Assembly: GCA_015058945.1 (NCBI GenBank)
Contig: SVBF01000012.1
Span: 1,763-65,762, forward strand
DNA from: Erysipelotrichaceae bacterium
GTDB taxonomy: Bacteria > Bacillota_I > Bacilli_A > RFN20 > CAG-826
Direction: 5' to 3'
DNA length: 64,000 nucleotides
This document shows, one piece after another, positions 44,835 through 54,421 of the stretch. Position numbers and translations under genes: made by a program. The notes beneath the pieces were generated by a model, which saw nothing but the letters and a program-made list of their open reading frames with translations, had not been told where the DNA came from and made no database searches. Position 1 is the first letter of the stretch, and each line of letters opens with the position of its first letter.

Positions 44835-47369
44835 ATGAAGAAAACCTGGGTCATCGTCACCAACGTGCTCATCATGCTCGGGATTTTGTCGTTCACCGTG
44901 GTTTATTCCACGCTGGAGAGCCGCAACGAAACCCAAAGGCAGATCGAGCATTATGAGCACAACACGGTCACCATGGAACGCGTCACCGAAAACTATCTCG
45001 AGGGCGAGCAGCGCATTTGCGACGTGTGGGCCCATTACATCAACAGCGCGAACATGACCATCGACGAGGCCGTGTCCTTCGTTCGCATTTCCCATGTCCT
45101 TCCGACCGCTTCCGCCCACATCATCTACGCCGACACGTTAAAGGGCCTTTCCACCAGGGCGAAGATCACGACCACCGACGATTACGACGTTTCCTATGAA
45201 GGCGTGAACCTATTCTCCGACATGGGTTGGATCGACGAGATCGGGGAATCCATCAATATTTCCCGCTCCTACACCAACCCCATCAACGGGGAACAATCCA
45301 TCGCCTTTTGTAACTTCGTGAACCTTCGCGACGATTCAAGCGGAGGGAAACGCAGCGCCATCTTGTTGCGCGTTTTGCCGGAAGAGGAGTTGACCCAAAA
45401 GTGGGTTTTCCCTAACGACGAATTCACCGAAGCCGAACTAACCATCATCGACGCTGATGGTAATTACACCCTCAAAGACACCTCCACCAACGCCAATTTC
45501 TTCGAGTACTACAAGTCATACAACAAACACGATCCCGCCGAAGTGCAGAAATTCTTTGAACAGATCACCTCGACGACGGGCTCCTTCTTCATGTTGGACT
45601 CTCATGGGACGGAATGCATCGTCGCCTATACGCCCTTCAAAAAGGCGGGTGGTTGGACTTTGCTCAACATCATGCCCGTGAAGGATCTGAACACCCGCAC
45701 GCAGAACTGGCTTCTCATCGGCGTCGTTTCGGCGGGTCTGGTCTTGCTCTTCCTTTTCGACATGGTTTTCATGCTCTATTTCAACAAGAGACTTCAGGCT
45801 GCGGCCAAAGAGGCGGAGAAGGCGAACAAGGCCAAGACCGACTTCCTCTCCACGATGTCGCATGACATCCGCACCCCGATGAACGCGATCATCGGCCTCA
45901 CGACCATCGCGGAGAAGAATATCGACGATAAGAAGTCGGTGAAGGAGAGCTTGCGCAAGGTCGGCCTCGCGAGCAACCACCTTCTCACCCTAATCAACGA
46001 TATCCTGGATATCTCTAAAGTCGAAAGCGGCAAGTTGAATCTTTCCCCGCAGACCTTCTCCATCGTTGAGACGGTGGATAACCTCATGAACCTCTCCCAG
46101 CCGATGGTCAAAGAGAAAAACATCCAGTTCGCTTTCAGGACCAGTGGCATGGAATGGGAATATCTCCACGCCGACCAGCTCCGACTGAACCAGATCTACA
46201 TCAACCTTCTCTCCAACGCGATCAAATACACCGAACCCGGCGGTTCCGTCAGCGTCGACATGAAAGAGGAGCCGAGCGAAAAAGAGGGCTGCGTCAAGCT
46301 TACCTACGTCGTTTCGGATACCGGCATGGGCATGACGAAAGAATTCATGGCGAATATGTATACGCCCTTCGCCCGTCAGACCGATAGCCGCGTCAATAGC
46401 ATCCAAGGCACCGGATTGGGCCTGACGATCACCAAAAAGATGGTCGACCTCATGGAGGGGACGATCGAATGCCAAAGCGAGCCCGGCAAAGGGACGACCT
46501 TCACCGTCGTTTTGGACATTCCCTTTGTCGAGCGTGCGCATATGGAACTCAAACTTCAGCCCATCGACGTGCTGATCGCCGATGACGACGAAGTCCTCTT
46601 GGAGACGGCGGTGGATACGCTGAAATCCTTGGGCTTGCGCGTCGAGAAGGCCAGCAGTGGGGCAGAAGCATTGGGCATGGTCAAGCGCCGTCATGAGGAA
46701 AAGAACGATTACGGCGTCGTCATCGTCGATTTGAAGATGCCCGACATCGATGGCATCGAGACGATCCGTCGCATCCGTAAGGAAGTGGATTCGAACTTAC
46801 CCGTGTTGCTGATCTCTGCCTACGATTGGTCCGACGTCGAGAAGAAGGCAAAAGAGGTAGGGGCGAACGGTTTCTTGAGCAAACCTTTGTTCCGGTCCAC
46901 CCTTTATAACAAGATCAACGAACTGCTCGGCACCGAGACGAAAGCGACCGAATTGGAGAGTGACTATTCCGACCTCGAGGGGCTCAAGGTCCTCATCGCC
47001 GAAGACAACGACGTAAACTGGGAGATCATCTCCGCCTTGCTCGAACCTTTTGGGGTCATCACTGAGCGCGCGGAGAATGGTCGCGTCTGCGTCGAGAAGA
47101 TGAAGGCGGCCAAGAAAGGCGATTATCTGCTCATCTTCATGGACATCCAGATGCCGGAGATGAATGGGCTTGACGCGACCCGGGCCATCCGTGCCTTAGA
47201 CGATCCCTATGCTTCGTCCATCCCCATCGTGGCCATGACCGCGGACGCTTTCTCGGAGAACATCACCGAATGTTTGAGAGCGGGCATGAACGGCCATATC
47301 GCCAAACCCATCGATATCAAGTTGGTCATCAAGGAAATTCGCAGGATCAAGGAAGGGTCTCAATCGTAA
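44835..47369 (+). CDS. Hybrid sensor histidine kinase with two receiver domains
   Basis: TM-sensor-TM, [30 protein letters not shown], two REC domains. Confidence 0.93.
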   Translation: MKKTWVIVTNVLIMLGILSFTVVYSTLESRNETQRQIEHYEHNTVTMERVTENYLEGEQRICDVWAHYINSANMTIDEAVSFVRISHVLPTASAHIIYADTLKGLSTRAKITTTDDYDVSYEGVNLFSDMGWIDEIGESINISRSYTNPINGEQSIAFCNFVNLRDDSSGGKRSAILLRVLPEEELTQKWVFPNDEFTEAELTIIDADGNYTLKDTSTNANFFEYYKSYNKHDPAEVQKFFEQITSTTGSFFMLDSHGTECIVAYTPFKKAGGWTLLNIMPVKDLNTRTQNWLLIGVVSAGLVLLFLFDMVFMLYFNKRLQAAAKEAEKANKAKTDFLSTMSHDIRTPMNAIIGLTTIAEKNIDDKKSVKESLRKVGLASNHLLTLINDILDISKVESGKLNLSPQTFSIVETVDNLMNLSQPMVKEKNIQFAFRTSGMEWEYLHADQLRLNQIYINLLSNAIKYTEPGGSVSVDMKEEPSEKEGCVKLTYVVSDTGMGMTKEFMANMYTPFARQTDSRVNSIQGTGLGLTITKKMVDLMEGTIECQSEPGKGTTFTVVLDIPFVERAHMELKLQPIDVLIADDDEVLLETAVDTLKSLGLRVEKASSGAEALGMVKRRHEEKNDYGVVIVDLKMPDIDGIETIRRIRKEVDSNLPVLLISAYDWSDVEKKAKEVGANGFLSKPLFRSTLYNKINELLGTETKATELESDYSDLEGLKVLIAEDNDVNWEIISALLEPFGVITERAENGRVCVEKMKAAKKGDYLLIFMDIQMPEMNGLDATRAIRALDDPYASSIPIVAMTADAFSENITECLRAGMNGHIAKPIDIKLVIKEIRRIKEGSQS

Positions 47370-47452
47370 AAAAGCCACTGTGCGCCGTTATGGCCCTTTT
47401 GGCATAATGGAGTAGTCCACAAAAAGTAGACAATCCATAATAAGCCCAACCC

Positions 47453-48817
47453 ATGATTCGGTTTGCCCATTACCAACAAGACGATTACCAACGGGTCTGC
47501 GATTTTTTGATCCGGCTATATGAGAAGAGCGAACATCACCGTAATTGGAATTGGGCGAGGTTTGAATGGATGTATGGCCATCCCCTTACCACGGTGGAAT
47601 TCCTTGGCGATATGGGACTATGGTTCGATGGCGATAGCATCGTTGCCGCCGCGTTGATCGACATGTTCCTCGGCGAGGCTTTCATCGGTGCGTTGCCTGA
47701 GTATCAAACTCTATATCCCGAAGTGTTGAAATACGCCTTTGAACATCTAAAGGACGACCGAGGACTTGGGGTTACGATCAGCGATTTGGCTAATGAGGAA
47801 ATCAATGCCGCCTTGGCCCAAGGATTCTTCAAAACCGATGGTGAAGAAGCCGTTTATGAGATCGAACTAAGCAATGCTTTCGGCATTGTTTTGCCAGCGG
47901 GATTCATCATTGAGACATTCGATGCCCAAGAGCATGCAAAAGAGATCGAATGGCTGTTTTGGCAAGGTTTTGATCACGGCTCGAATTATGAAGAATTCCT
48001 GCAAAATAGGAGCGAAACCGTGCAAAAACGGCCTCATTTCAACAAATTTCTTTGCATTATCGCAAGAAACGAAAAAGACGAAATCGTGGCCAGTGCCTCA
48101 ACTTGGTATGACGAAAGAACCGACTATGCCTACCTCGAGCCCGTTTGCGTGATCCCCTCTTGCCGCGGCAAAGGAATCGGGAAAGCGGTGGTGCTCACCG
48201 CCTTAAACCACGCCCGTTTCCTCGGGGCGAAAAAGGCAATCGTCAATTCGGACCAAGTCTTTTATCAGCGTCTTGGTTTTAAAGAGAAGGGACGCTATCC
48301 CTTCTACTGGAAGAAGGAAGAGAAAACGGTAAACGGAGTCATCTATAAGCTGGAGAAATTATTAGGCAAGGGGAAGGGTGGCTATTCCTATCTCGCTAAA
48401 TGCGATGGGAAGGAATATGTCTTAAAGCAGATCCATCATGAGCCGTGCGAATATTATCAATTCGGTAACAAGATCGAGGCTGAGAAAAACGATTACCAAA
48501 GACTCTTGGATGCCGGCATCCGCATCCCGAAGATGATCGACGTCGATACCGAGAACGAAATCGTCCTCAAGGAATATATCGAGGGCGATGTGATTTCGGA
48601 TCTCATCGACCGAGGAGAATCGGTCGAGGCCTATATCCCTCAGGTGCGCGAGATGGCGCGCCTCGCCAAAGAAAAGGAACTCAACATCGATTATTACCCC
48701 ACGAACTTCGTGGTTCGGGACGAATTGCTCTATTACATCGATTACGAATGCAACCAATACATGGACGAATGGAGTCTGGACAATTGGGGCATCAAACATT
48801 GGTCTCCTGCGCGATAG
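47453..48817 (+). CDS. GNAT acetyltransferase fused to a protein-kinase-like domain
   Basis: VCVIPSCRGKGIGK and FYQRLGF (GNAT); LGKGKGG, VLK, DYYPTNF, YIDYE (kinase fold). Confidence 0.8.
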   Translation: MIRFAHYQQDDYQRVCDFLIRLYEKSEHHRNWNWARFEWMYGHPLTTVEFLGDMGLWFDGDSIVAAALIDMFLGEAFIGALPEYQTLYPEVLKYAFEHLKDDRGLGVTISDLANEEINAALAQGFFKTDGEEAVYEIELSNAFGIVLPAGFIIETFDAQEHAKEIEWLFWQGFDHGSNYEEFLQNRSETVQKRPHFNKFLCIIARNEKDEIVASASTWYDERTDYAYLEPVCVIPSCRGKGIGKAVVLTALNHARFLGAKKAIVNSDQVFYQRLGFKEKGRYPFYWKKEEKTVNGVIYKLEKLLGKGKGGYSYLAKCDGKEYVLKQIHHEPCEYYQFGNKIEAEKNDYQRLLDAGIRIPKMIDVDTENEIVLKEYIEGDVISDLIDRGESVEAYIPQVREMARLAKEKELNIDYYPTNFVVRDELLYYIDYECNQYMDEWSLDNWGIKHWSPAR

Positions 48818-48900
48818 CGCGCATATAGTGGAATTGTTTTTGATCTTGTGGCACGTTTGTGGCGGGCCATGACTATCATATTGTCGTCGGGAAAAAAACG

Positions 48901-49956
48901 ATGAGACGCAGCGAAAGAAACGAACTCTACAAATGCAACACCAAGGGTTTGATCGACCTCATGAACGACCCGAGGTATATGAATAACAAGAACAACCAGT
49001 TTGGCGCCGTGCTTGGCTACCTCGCCCGCCATGGGATGTCCAACGGAAACTCCAAAGGCGAATTCCTTGATTTGGTCTACGCCGCGAGGAACGAATTCAT
49101 CGCCCAAGCCGCGAAACAACATGTCGGCGCCAAGGGCGAAGTCGCCTATGACCAACTCGGCCCCGGCGATGCCAAACTCAAGGCCTTTATCCGCGATCCG
49201 CTTCCGATTTTGCAACGCGAGATGAAGGGCTTTTCCGAACGCAAAGAGAACTTCGCCGCCGACGAAGATCCGGACATCGTCGATTATTACCGTCGTCTCA
49301 AGACCAACGCGGACATTCTTTCCATCGAACTGGGATCCGATTTCGACCAGACGCGCAATCGTCCGGAAAACACCGAACTCGTGGATGTGATGAACCGCCT
49401 CAACAAAAAGATCCCTGAGAACGCGACCACTCCCGAAGAGGCGTTAAAGAAAGCCAACTCCGGCTTCTTCGGCACCTTATTCCGCCGCCAATCCAAGGAA
49501 TTCACCGCCTTTAAAACCGCCTTTGATCAGTTCCGCGACCCGACCAAAGTCCTCAATAGCGGAAACGTCGGCAATCTCGAAGAGAAGACCACGGCCTACC
49601 TCAAGCACCTCAACCCCGCATTCGAATACAAGAAAGGCATGGATAAGGAAGCGTTCCTTGCCAACCTTTCCAAGGGACAGAAGGCCCGCGCCGAGTTCGC
49701 GCTTAACGTCCTCGACTCCATCGCCGAGCATAAAGAGATGAAGCCGTACATGGAAAACGTCGATAACGCCATCAAGGGCAAACCGGTCAAAGAAATCGCC
49801 GAACCTAAGGCGGAGGTCAACGATCCGAAGATTCAAGGCCAATTCCAAAACCAAATCGCCGTCGAACTCGGCGAGGCTAAGGAGAGCAACGACATCGTCA
49901 AAGAAGAACCCGCCGAGGAAAAAGTGGCGGAAAACGGACCGGAGATGTCCAACTAA
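48901..49956 (+). CDS. Hypothetical protein, paralog family member A (acidic C-terminal tail)
   Basis: Long ORF with host-like codon usage; motifs shared with 52711-54207 and 55584-56726. Confidence 0.8.
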   Translation: MRRSERNELYKCNTKGLIDLMNDPRYMNNKNNQFGAVLGYLARHGMSNGNSKGEFLDLVYAARNEFIAQAAKQHVGAKGEVAYDQLGPGDAKLKAFIRDPLPILQREMKGFSERKENFAADEDPDIVDYYRRLKTNADILSIELGSDFDQTRNRPENTELVDVMNRLNKKIPENATTPEEALKKANSGFFGTLFRRQSKEFTAFKTAFDQFRDPTKVLNSGNVGNLEEKTTAYLKHLNPAFEYKKGMDKEAFLANLSKGQKARAEFALNVLDSIAEHKEMKPYMENVDNAIKGKPVKEIAEPKAEVNDPKIQGQFQNQIAVELGEAKESNDIVKEEPAEEKVAENGPEMSN

Positions 49957-49963
49957 GCAAACG

Positions 49964-50926
49964 ATGAACAAAAAGATAATGAAATTCGGCAAAGTGCTCG
50001 CGCCGTTACTCGCGTTATCTTTTCTTTCTTCCTGCGTTCATCGTCCCGAGACGAAGAACGTCTATATCGCTTGGAGCGACAGGCAAAACAGTTATAGCTT
50101 TATCTCCACGTTAAAGACCGTGACCTCCATCGGCTGCAACCCCGTCGTCTTGGACATGGTTCGGTCCAACGATTTGTCTTATGGCGAGGACGGAACGTTG
50201 ATCGATGCGGTCGACGAACATCGCATCCTCTTGCCCGAACCGGCAAGAAAGGTGAAGGCCAGCGCCTGGCGGCATTCTAACGTCAAAGACATCATGAAGG
50301 ACGTGAAATACGTGATCTTCCCCGGCGGCTCGGACATTTGTCCCACACTCCGAAGAACGGAAGGGGAGTGGCATGGCATCGAAGGGGATACCGATTACGC
50401 CCCGGAACGGGACGTCTCCGACTATCTGCTGATGTCCTATTGTCTCGACCACAGCATCCCCGTGTTCGCGATTTGCCGCGGCATGCAGATGTTATCCGTC
50501 GTCTCCGGCGCGACGATGATCGACGATATCCCAACTTATTTCGCTTCGTTAGGAAAAGGCGACAAGGAAACTCATCGCGACGCGGAGAAAACCGTCTTCG
50601 CCGCCCATGACGTCGACGTGACCGACGACTCCTCATTGCTTTATAAGATCACCAAGCAAACCAAACTGGAGAAAGTGCCGTCTTGGCATCACCAGGGCGT
50701 TCTTTCCGTGGAAGGCACCCCATTGTCCGTTACGGCCAAGACGACCACCGACGGCGTTTCGATCATCGAAGCGGTGGAACGGAAGGACCTCCCCTTTTGC
50801 CTCGGCGTCCAATTCCACCCCGAAGTCGCGGTGCGTAAGGCGGTGGACAAAGAAGCGGACGCCGGGAATTATATGGACCAACAAACCGCCGCATCGTTCT
50901 TCCGTGCCTTGGTCGAGCCCAAATAA
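49964..50926 (+). CDS. Peptidase C26 / gamma-glutamyl-gamma-aminobutyrate hydrolase family lipoprotein
   Basis: Lipobox LSSC, PGGSD, AICRGMQ, SWHHQG, GVQFHPE. Confidence 0.88.
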   Translation: MNKKIMKFGKVLAPLLALSFLSSCVHRPETKNVYIAWSDRQNSYSFISTLKTVTSIGCNPVVLDMVRSNDLSYGEDGTLIDAVDEHRILLPEPARKVKASAWRHSNVKDIMKDVKYVIFPGGSDICPTLRRTEGEWHGIEGDTDYAPERDVSDYLLMSYCLDHSIPVFAICRGMQMLSVVSGATMIDDIPTYFASLGKGDKETHRDAEKTVFAAHDVDVTDDSSLLYKITKQTKLEKVPSWHHQGVLSVEGTPLSVTAKTTTDGVSIIEAVERKDLPFCLGVQFHPEVAVRKAVDKEADAGNYMDQQTAASFFRALVEPK

Positions 50927-51074
50927 TCAAAACTATTTTCATATATTTAAATACGCATAAACGCACGCGTGCATAATATCGAATTCGCGAAAACCTGCGT
51001 TTACTATGAAAATTCGCGAAAATTTAGATACTTTGTATCTACATAAGATTTTTAAAGATTTTTGCAAAAAATGC

Positions 51075-51102
51075 TTGCACACTTTTTCGATGCGAGTATA
51101 GT
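51075..51102 (+). promoter_or_regulatory. Sigma-A-type promoter driving the candidate giant ncRNA
   Basis: TTGCAC-N16-TATAGT, same spacing as the tRNA and T-box promoters in this window; AT-rich upstream region. Confidence 0.75.
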
Positions 51103-51107
51103 TATGT

Positions 51108-52565
51108 GTTCCGCAGGGAACGCCAAGCCGCAAGGTAAGCGAAACTGTGGTAACCACCTTAACATAGTTAAGGTGAGGGGAATGTGTGATGCCCCTCGGG
51201 AACTTCGGTTCCTCAAAGGTCTACTGCCTCGAAAGAGACAAAGGCTGGTCCTGGACTAACCCATGGCCCGCTAAGGAATCGCTCGCCCTTCGGTAAACCG
51301 ATGAATGGAGCTGGAAAGGAAGAAAGAGGTCCTGCGATGGATCCTCGAGGACTCCTTCCCTAAGGGCTCCCGCGCAGAACGGGAACGCCACCGCCTCTCG
51401 TCCCAGGCGGCTAGTGAAACTAGAGAGAATGGGAGATGCGGACAGCCTTGGAAAAGGAACATCCGCAAGAAGGGTTAAGCGAACTTCGTCGCGTCCCTTC
51501 CCAGGATTCGCCCCCTGGCTCGTGAACGAGAAAACGCGGCGATGCCGTCAAACCTTCCTTGCGATAGGGGGGATGCTGCGGCGAAGGGTAACCCCCTGGA
51601 GGATTCCCGCCTCCCACTGGTAAACCAGAACAAACAGGGCCGACGGTGGACTTGGTTCGTCCCAAGGCAAACCGTCCAAGGCGAAGGCGCGAGCCTCCGC
51701 ACGGAACATCCCATCCTTCAGATGCGCTCTGAGAACATGGGTCCCAAGCTAACCTACTCCCGCAAGGGCATGGCCAACTTGGTCAAGGGGCTGCGGCGAA
51801 AGCCGATGTCCCCGACGGAATTCGAGCCGTCGCGTGGTAGAACCACGGCAATTCCATCGAATGGGTCGTGAGATCCGGAGAGGGCAAATCCCTCAGACCC
51901 CGCAGAAAGGCCGCGGTAAACCCGAAAATCTCTGCTCCCTCCGCTGCTATGGCCTAGTAAGCCCTCTACGCGGTACGGTAGTTCCCCGGGCATAAGCCTG
52001 CGGAACGATGGTTGTCCCGCCATTGCGTGAAACGCTGATCATGGGAATGTGAACGCGTCGGTCTTCTTCGGAAGGCAGGGGCGTCCAGAAACGCCTGGGA
52101 ATTCATAACCAGGTGGTGCCCAAAGAGGCCCGGCGCGCGGTAAACCGCTGGAAAGGCCTCTTCCCTAGGGAGTAATTCCTAGGCGAGTGAGGAGACCTTG
52201 GTCCCCTCGGGAAGTCGTTCCACCCCTCAATCGTGAAGTTGGAACGTGGCTTGGACACTTAGGCGGACGAAGATGTAACCTAAGGTTCCGGTCGAGACCG
52301 ACGGTCGTCTGTTGACGTTGCGTCGGCCTAGGAAGATAAGAGCTCTTCTCAGCGGTACACCGCAGAACCAAAAACTTGTTCCCGAATCCCTCCTGCGTTA
52401 GGGCCAGGCGGTGGTAAGGAACGAATCCCGTAAGGGATGTGGTTGGTTGGAATCTCCCACGAGGTAAACCTCAAATACGAAATGTCCCGGCGATATTGGA
52501 GCTAGACAAGCCGTTAAACCGGAAAGCCGAGTGACACCACGCAGCGATGCGTGGCGTTTTCTTTT
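51108..52565 (+). ncRNA. Candidate giant, highly structured non-coding RNA (~1.46 kb) of unknown class
   Basis: No credible ORF; bounded by a promoter and a terminator; dozens of hairpins, ten with GNRA loops, two with cUUCGg loops, five with GGTAAACC; G-U pairs fit a + strand RNA. Confidence 0.8.
52534..52565 (+). terminator. Intrinsic terminator ending the candidate ncRNA
   Basis: CCACGCA-GCGA-TGCGTGG followed by CGTTTTCTTTT. Confidence 0.8.
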
Positions 52566-52710
52566 ATACAGTAGGTTTTCGCAAGTCTCATCGGAGTGCT
52601 TAAAGACGATAAGCGGCAACATATTCGCGAAAAAGTTGCTTTAGTGTGACACATCTGTTGCGTCGGATGCCTTATGTTATTATCAGTCGAACGAAAAAGG
52701 AGGCGACATT

Positions 52711-54207
52711 ATGCCAGTTTACGAGCCCTTTACCAAAGAAGAAAAAAGAGACATCATCGCGCGTCACCATTACCTCGTCGATGAGATGAACAAGACCCTC
52801 GGCGGCGTTTTGGAATACGAGGACGAAAGAATCCTGCAGAAGCTGGAAGACCCGAAGGAGGTCGCCGCCTATCGTTTGCATGAGGAAAACAAGCTGAGAA
52901 ACGAGAAGCGTCAGAGAATCATGGACGACCTCGGTTTCCGATTTGGCACCCAGGGCATGGACCACAATCCTTTGAACCGCCACATCAAATATCTCATGAA
53001 GCTTGGCGACGATCCCAAGGACACGGAATATAACGAAAAGTTATACCAGGAATATCTCCGGAATCCCGAGAAAATCATTTACCGTGAGTATAAGAAGATT
53101 TTGGAGCTCAATCCGCAGCAGCTTTACGATCTAGGCAACGACAAGCAGAAGATCGCCGAGTTCTATATGGATAACACGGGCCTATGCGAGGGCGCGTTCG
53201 TCGTGAACTCGGTCATCACCAACAGCAACGCCAAGGCGACCAAGGCGTTACGTAACGGCCTTGCTTCGATGGCTAAGCCGATCGAATCGCTCAACGAAAT
53301 CGGCCACACGCTCAAGAACAATGGCATCGATAGCTTCGCTTGCCCGACCCTCACCCAAGAGCAGACTTTGCTCGCGATGACGAACCAGACCCTATTCTTA
53401 GGTAATCCCAACCCCGTGTTGACGGAGGTCATGAACTGCAACCTCATCCCGATCGAAACCCCGCATGACTATTTCCAAAAGTTCGTCGATTATGGCATCG
53501 ACATAAACCAGCCGAAGTTCTTCACCAAATACAAAGCGGTCAAAACCGATCCGGAGACGGGCAACAAAAGGGAAGTGGGCTTCCATGAACTCTTTGATGA
53601 CGACGACCCCAACGTCCGCATCGAAATCCGCAGCAAGGACGAGCAGGAGGAAATCCTCGCCGTCAATCGCGCCTACCAAGACAAATACGCGGAAAAGTTC
53701 CAAGCCCGCATCGCCACGAAGCTCAACCAGATGAACTTCGACATCAACCAGCTCGAGGAAGAGCGTAAGGGTAGTTGGGTGGAACGTAATGTTCTCCATT
53801 CCACGTCCCGCGAATGGACGGAATTCATCGGCGCCTTCAAGGACTATAACAACCCCGAGCATCCCAATTACCTCCGCAAGGACATCCTTAAGCCCAAAGC
53901 CCAGGCCTACATGAACCGTAAACACCGCCAAGGCTATGCGACGGTGGAGGACATGAAGGGCACTTCGCGTAGCCGTGGTACATTGGCTCAGGCCGTCATC
54001 GATACCTGCGATGAGTTCGAGGAGCAAAAGAACCAGATCACCGAGGACATCGAGATCGCGATCAATACCGGGTTCAATGGCAAGGTCGGGCTTATCATCA
54101 ACGCCAAAGAAGTCGACGACAACGACAACGTGGCGGAACCGGAGGAAGAGAAATCCAACGAGATCAAAAACGAAATCGTTAAAGATCAAGGGTCGCTCGA
54201 GATGTAG
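52711..54207 (+). CDS. Hypothetical protein, paralog family member B (acidic C-terminal tail)
   Basis: AAGGAGG RBS, extended -10 upstream, terminator downstream; shares the C-terminal motif with A and C. Confidence 0.85.
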   Translation: MPVYEPFTKEEKRDIIARHHYLVDEMNKTLGGVLEYEDERILQKLEDPKEVAAYRLHEENKLRNEKRQRIMDDLGFRFGTQGMDHNPLNRHIKYLMKLGDDPKDTEYNEKLYQEYLRNPEKIIYREYKKILELNPQQLYDLGNDKQKIAEFYMDNTGLCEGAFVVNSVITNSNAKATKALRNGLASMAKPIESLNEIGHTLKNNGIDSFACPTLTQEQTLLAMTNQTLFLGNPNPVLTEVMNCNLIPIETPHDYFQKFVDYGIDINQPKFFTKYKAVKTDPETGNKREVGFHELFDDDDPNVRIEIRSKDEQEEILAVNRAYQDKYAEKFQARIATKLNQMNFDINQLEEERKGSWVERNVLHSTSREWTEFIGAFKDYNNPEHPNYLRKDILKPKAQAYMNRKHRQGYATVEDMKGTSRSRGTLAQAVIDTCDEFEEQKNQITEDIEIAINTGFNGKVGLIINAKEVDDNDNVAEPEEEKSNEIKNEIVKDQGSLEM

Positions 54208-54223
54208 CAAATACCAAAGATAG

Positions 54224-54258
54224 AGGCGGGCGCGTCCAAAGGCGCATCCGCCTTTTCT
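54224..54258 (+). terminator. Intrinsic terminator
   Basis: AGGCGGGCGCGTC-CAAA-GGCGCATCCGCCT followed by TTTCT. Confidence 0.7.
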
Positions 54259-54421
54259 CATGCCATCGTTTTTGGAAAATAAGCGGGATTTGCGGGACAT
54301 TTTGCATCCCAAAACCCGCAAAAAGCGCTTTTTTGTGGCTCGCAATAAGATTGCGAATCGCGCGATGAAAGGGGTTTCTTGTCGATTTACTCGCCATGAT
54401 GGGTAAATTATACGTAGTATC

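Noticed and set aside
51108-52565. ORF-less group II or group I intron as the identity of the structured region
   Set aside because: No GTGCG 5' end, no recognisable domain V (GAGCCG...GAAA...CGGTT), no interrupted host gene, and it has its own promoter and terminator. A covariance-model search is still needed to exclude this formally.
51108-52565. rRNA, RNase P RNA, tmRNA or SRP RNA
   Set aside because: No universal 16S/23S signatures, no GAGGAAAGTCC P4 motif and no tRNA-like GGGG...CCA ends; the length does not fit the small RNAs.
50939-52622. Short ORFs (65-109 aa) listed in the track across the structured region
   Set aside because: They overlap on both strands, lack convincing RBSs, show no host codon bias and contain no protein motifs.
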